A stretch of DNA of 64,000 bases from positions 40,610,001 through 40,674,000 of the forward strand of contig OZ024756.1 of NCBI GenBank assembly GCA_964016885.1. Direction: 5' to 3'. Of this stretch, positions 60,398-64,000 are shown in pieces (the first letter of the stretch is position 1; the number at the start of each line of letters is the position of its first letter). Source of the stretch: Eledone cirrhosa (taxonomy: Eukaryota). Position numbers and translations under genes: made by a program. The notes under the pieces were generated by a model. It was not told the DNA's origin. It saw only the letters and a program-made list of their open reading frames with translations, and searched no databases.

Positions 60398-63300
60398 ATG
60401 GCGTATTGTCGCCACAGTGAAAATGTCTTTAACGATGTTATTGACCATTTAGGATTGGCAATTTCTCAATTAAAAGGTACTTATATCTTTAACCATCTAG
60501 TTTATATATATATATATTGTTACGAATTTAAAATGCTGTTCGTCTGAACTTCTCTAAAACTAAAACTACATCTGTGGAGTCGATTATTCCGATGGAACAT
60601 CAAGAGACTTAATATATTTATCAAATTATTTCCTTATTATTTTTTAGTCACATTCATTAGAAATCTTTCTAAATTTCTGCTTAACTGAGACAAGCCAAAA
60701 CATATTTATTTACACAAATATATTTAATAGGATCTGTTTCTACATTTCCATAGACTCGGCGTTGATGTCCCCCCGCCCCAATATTTTGTTCGTTTTTTTT
60801 TGTGTTGTTCCTCTCTTTTTTATTTTTAGTCTATTAAATATAATTTATTTGTGTCGTGAGATTGTTGATCTTACACTCGTTAAACTCTAGGTTAGTGAAA
60901 TAATTCCATTAAATGTTTAAGGATACTTTTGGTAACATCTTCCACAATATTGTTAGTACCATCTCAAACAAGTCATATCTTTACTAGTGTCACTACAATT
61001 TCTCACGATTTCATAGGAAATGATTAAAAGAAAAAGACCAATATGCTTTCATTATTGTGTACTACTAAGGGCGATGGATTGGCAGTATCGGTAGAGGGTC
61101 TTTGCAGCAAAGAGTTACGGCCCTTTATGATCTGAGTTCAAATCCCGCCGAGGTTAACTTTGCCTTTCATCCTTACGGGGTCGATAAAATAAAGTACCAG
61201 TAATACACTGGAATAATTGCTGGCCTTGTGCCAAGAGTAGAAACAATTATTGTGTACTACCGTTCGTTATTGCTTTTATTATTGAATTCTTTCGATCTGT
61301 GTCTGTAGTAGGAGATTGTATTTATTCTGCTTTCCCATTTCATGTTAATAAGGAATAATATCAGAGTAACTTGTTCTGACAGTCACTATATCCTACTCCA
61401 CACAAAGAAAAACGTTTGGACATGTTTCAATGTTATTAGATCTCTTCAGTGAAGCAAATTTTATTGTTCTGTAGTAGTGGTAGTAGTAGTAGTAGTAAAT
61501 GTACACTTATTGGTTTAAAAAATAAAAAAAGAATTGTTCAAGGAGTAACTTAGTCTTAGATGTTATCTACAAACACAGTCATTGATTCAAGCTATCATCT
61601 TCAGTATTACTGTATCTATATTTCCAACATTCTATGTTTCTTTTATTCCATTATTTTCAGATGGGGAATCAGATGAAAGAGTGGACAACTTTTTCGCTAA
61701 AGATGATTACTGGAACCAAATAAGTATAAATATTCTGGTTTTCTTTTTGAAAACGTTCAATTGTTTTGTTCTGTGAGTTGTGATGTCACTATATATAGTC
61801 TAGTAAATATATAGTGTGTATATATATATATTGTGTATATATGAGTTGTGATGTCACTGGTATCAAAATGTATTGACTTTTGTCTTTCCCTTGGACAACA
61901 TTATATATAGTGTATATACAATGTATATAGTGTATATACAATATATAGTGTATATACAATGTATATATTGTGTATATACAATGTATATATTGTGTATATT
62001 TAGTGTGAGTTGTGATGTCACTGGTGCCAAGCTGTATCCACCTTTGTCTTTCCCTGGGACAACATATATATAATACATATACTGTGCCTATATATCATGA
62101 GTTGTGATGTCACTGGTGCCAAACTATACCAGCCTTTGTCTTTCCCTGGGACAACATATATATAATACATATACTGTGCCTATATATCATGAGTTGTGAT
62201 GTCACTGGTGCCAAACTATACCAGCCTTTGTCTTTCCCTGGGACAACATATATATAATACATATACTGTGCCTATATATCATGAGTTGTGATGTCACTGG
62301 TGCCAAACTATACCAGCCTTTGTCTTTCCCTGGGACAACATATATATAATACATATACTGTGCCTATATATCATGAGTTGTGATGTCACTGGTGCCAAAC
62401 TGTATCTGCCTTTGTCTTTCCCATTGACAACGTATATATAGTGTATATACTATATATATTGTGTGAGTTGTGATGTCACTGGTACATCAGCCTTTGTCTT
62501 ACCCTTGGACTTGATGAGGTGTAAATTACCTTTTTTTCCTTTTCCAGTTAAGTCCTGGGGTTGATTTAATTAAAAGTCTTCCCCATTAAACCACCCCATC
62601 AACCCAACAGAAACAAAACTTTTGGCTTTGTGCTTCTTTTACTTGTAACAATTATTAAAGTTATAGCAATTATAATAATATCTCTTGTATCAATTGTTCA
62701 AGTTATAACAATTATTATGTCTCTTGTAACAATTGTTAAAGTTATGGCCATGGCTACTCTAGTGTTTTCATTTTACTTGTAAGTTTCTATAATTATTTCT
62801 GTTTATTTTTCCAGAAAACCTTAGTCTGTCACTTTCTCATGATGTAACTGTTATCTCAATGGCATTTTCTAAGACACCCTGTCCTACACCTGAAGTAAGT
62901 TACTTCTTTCTCCTGTATTCTACATGTCTCATAATATATAAGAAATTACATCTCTCTCTCTCATCATTTAACATCTGTTGTTTGATGCCATCATGGGTTA
63001 AATGGGCTGTCACATTATGAGACTAATCAAGTCAGGTGACCATATCTTGCTCATCCGGAACTGTTTCTGGCTTGGTTACTACAGCTGAATACCATTCCCA
63101 ACACCAACCACATTTACCATGGCACCAAAACGATCATCTGACGGGGTGGACTGGGTGCTATTTTATCATATTGCACCAACACATTACAGGGTGGACTGGG
63201 TGCTATCTTTTTATCTATATCTTCTTTCTCTCAAGCTACAAGCTTATTTATTGAAATGTTTCTTATATATCATCTTCTTGTTGATTTTTCTGAATGCATT

Positions 63301-63430
63301 ATTATTGATCTATATGGAAATGAATTCCGTTTTTACTGTCTCTTGTAGGCTGTTACAAAAATGCTAAGTAAATTAGAGATGACAGCTTTAACATTTGTTG
63401 CCACTTTCTATATGCTCCCCAAAATACAAG
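60398..63430 (+). CDS. CCNDBP1: Cyclin-D1-binding protein 1 (GCIP) homologue, first four coding exons; gene continues beyond the window
   Basis: Exons 60398-60476, 61661-61723, 62815-62894, 63349-63430 are phase-compatible and give MAYCRHSE...DGESDERVDNFFAKDDYWNQIKNLSLSLSHDVTVISMAFSKTPCPTPEAVTKML...TFVATFYMLPKIQG. From memory this resembles the vertebrate GCIP N-terminus (FSQLPLPSPQE...YYLLPKDQG). Confidence 0.8.
61066..61245 (+). mobile_element. Full-length tRNA-derived SINE (family A) with 15-bp target-site duplication
   Basis: A-box-like TGGCAGTATCGG, B-box GAGTTCAAATCCC and body GCCTTTCATCCTTACGGGGTCGATAAAATAAAGTACCAG. Flanked by direct repeat ATTATTGTGTACTAC at 61051-61065 and 61246-61260. 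Confidence 0.9.
61775..62510. repeat. 92-bp tandem repeat in CCNDBP1 intron 2
   Basis: GAGTTGTGATGTCACTGGTGCCAAACTATACCAGCCTTTGTCTTTCCCTGGGACAAC... with period 92 in the core and degenerate flanking units. Confidence 0.9.
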
Positions 63431-63534
63431 GTAATAAGATTTTATTTTTCTATTTAAGGGATTTGTGCTGGTACTGACATATTTTGGAGGTTTATTATCT
63501 TTGTTGTTCCGCAGACTGGGAGGAAACATTTTAA

Positions 63535-63746
63535 CCCTTTAGTATTTAAACCGGCCATATAAGACCAGAACTCTCTAACTTCTTTCTGTTCAAACTGGCT
63601 GTAACCAGTCACTCATACTAATATTAAGGTATTATTCTCAAAATAAATATCATCAAAATCTCATAGATTTGATATTATGTAAGATAAAGCCTTTACTGAG
63701 AAAATACAAGAGTAAATAAAGAGTAATCATCATCAATGCTAAAGGG
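63535..63746. mobile_element. piggyBac-type MITE in a CCNDBP1 intron
   Basis: TTAA-CCCTTTAG...CTAAAGGG-TTAA; internal sequence shared with the other copies. Confidence 0.85.
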
Positions 63747-64000
63747 TTAAGGGTTAAACAGTAAATATATATAAACCAGATATTGGTAGGGTTCATTTTA
63801 AGGATTAAACTGTTTAACAGACCCATTCTTTAAAAAAAAAAAATGTTACATTATTTAACTAACCCCTGAATATCAATTAAATTTTTTCCTTAAATATTTT
63901 ATTATTTTTATTTTCCAAATTAAAGGATTGTTGCTGAGAGATTGCTTTAGAAAGTCAACTATTGAACTAATTGAGAAAGTCAACACATTTATCAAATCCA

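Noticed and set aside
61775-62510. Repeat GAGTTGTGATGTCACT with intervening sequence, CRISPR-like at first sight
   Set aside because: The spacers are copies of each other or microsatellite, there are no cas genes, and the context is a eukaryotic intron. The same holds for the arrays at 19365 and 39335.

Overview
AT-rich, microsatellite- and SINE-laden eukaryotic genomic DNA. From my recollection of the repeat families it is most likely a coleoid cephalopod (octopod); this is inference. Seven protein-coding genes were rebuilt by hand from GT-AG exons and conserved motifs: RPP25-like Alba protein (-), CFAP91 (-, 18 exons), an intronless NDFIP (+), UBE2C (-), MCUR1/CCDC90 (+), PDCD5 (-) and the 5' part of CCNDBP1 (+). 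The last six form three consecutive head-to-head pairs. Non-coding DNA holds a decayed CR1-like LINE, RTE-like fragments, tRNA-derived SINEs, TTAA-flanked piggyBac-type MITEs, many minisatellites and several fold-back palindromes. Most ORFs in the supplied track are repeat artefacts. I found no prokaryotic-type system (CRISPR, operon) and no clearly new biological system. The best leads are the intronless expanded NDFIP, a tandem array of duplicated 3' splice sites in PDCD5, intronic fold-back hairpins, a degenerate hammerhead-like palindrome and the bidirectional promoters.
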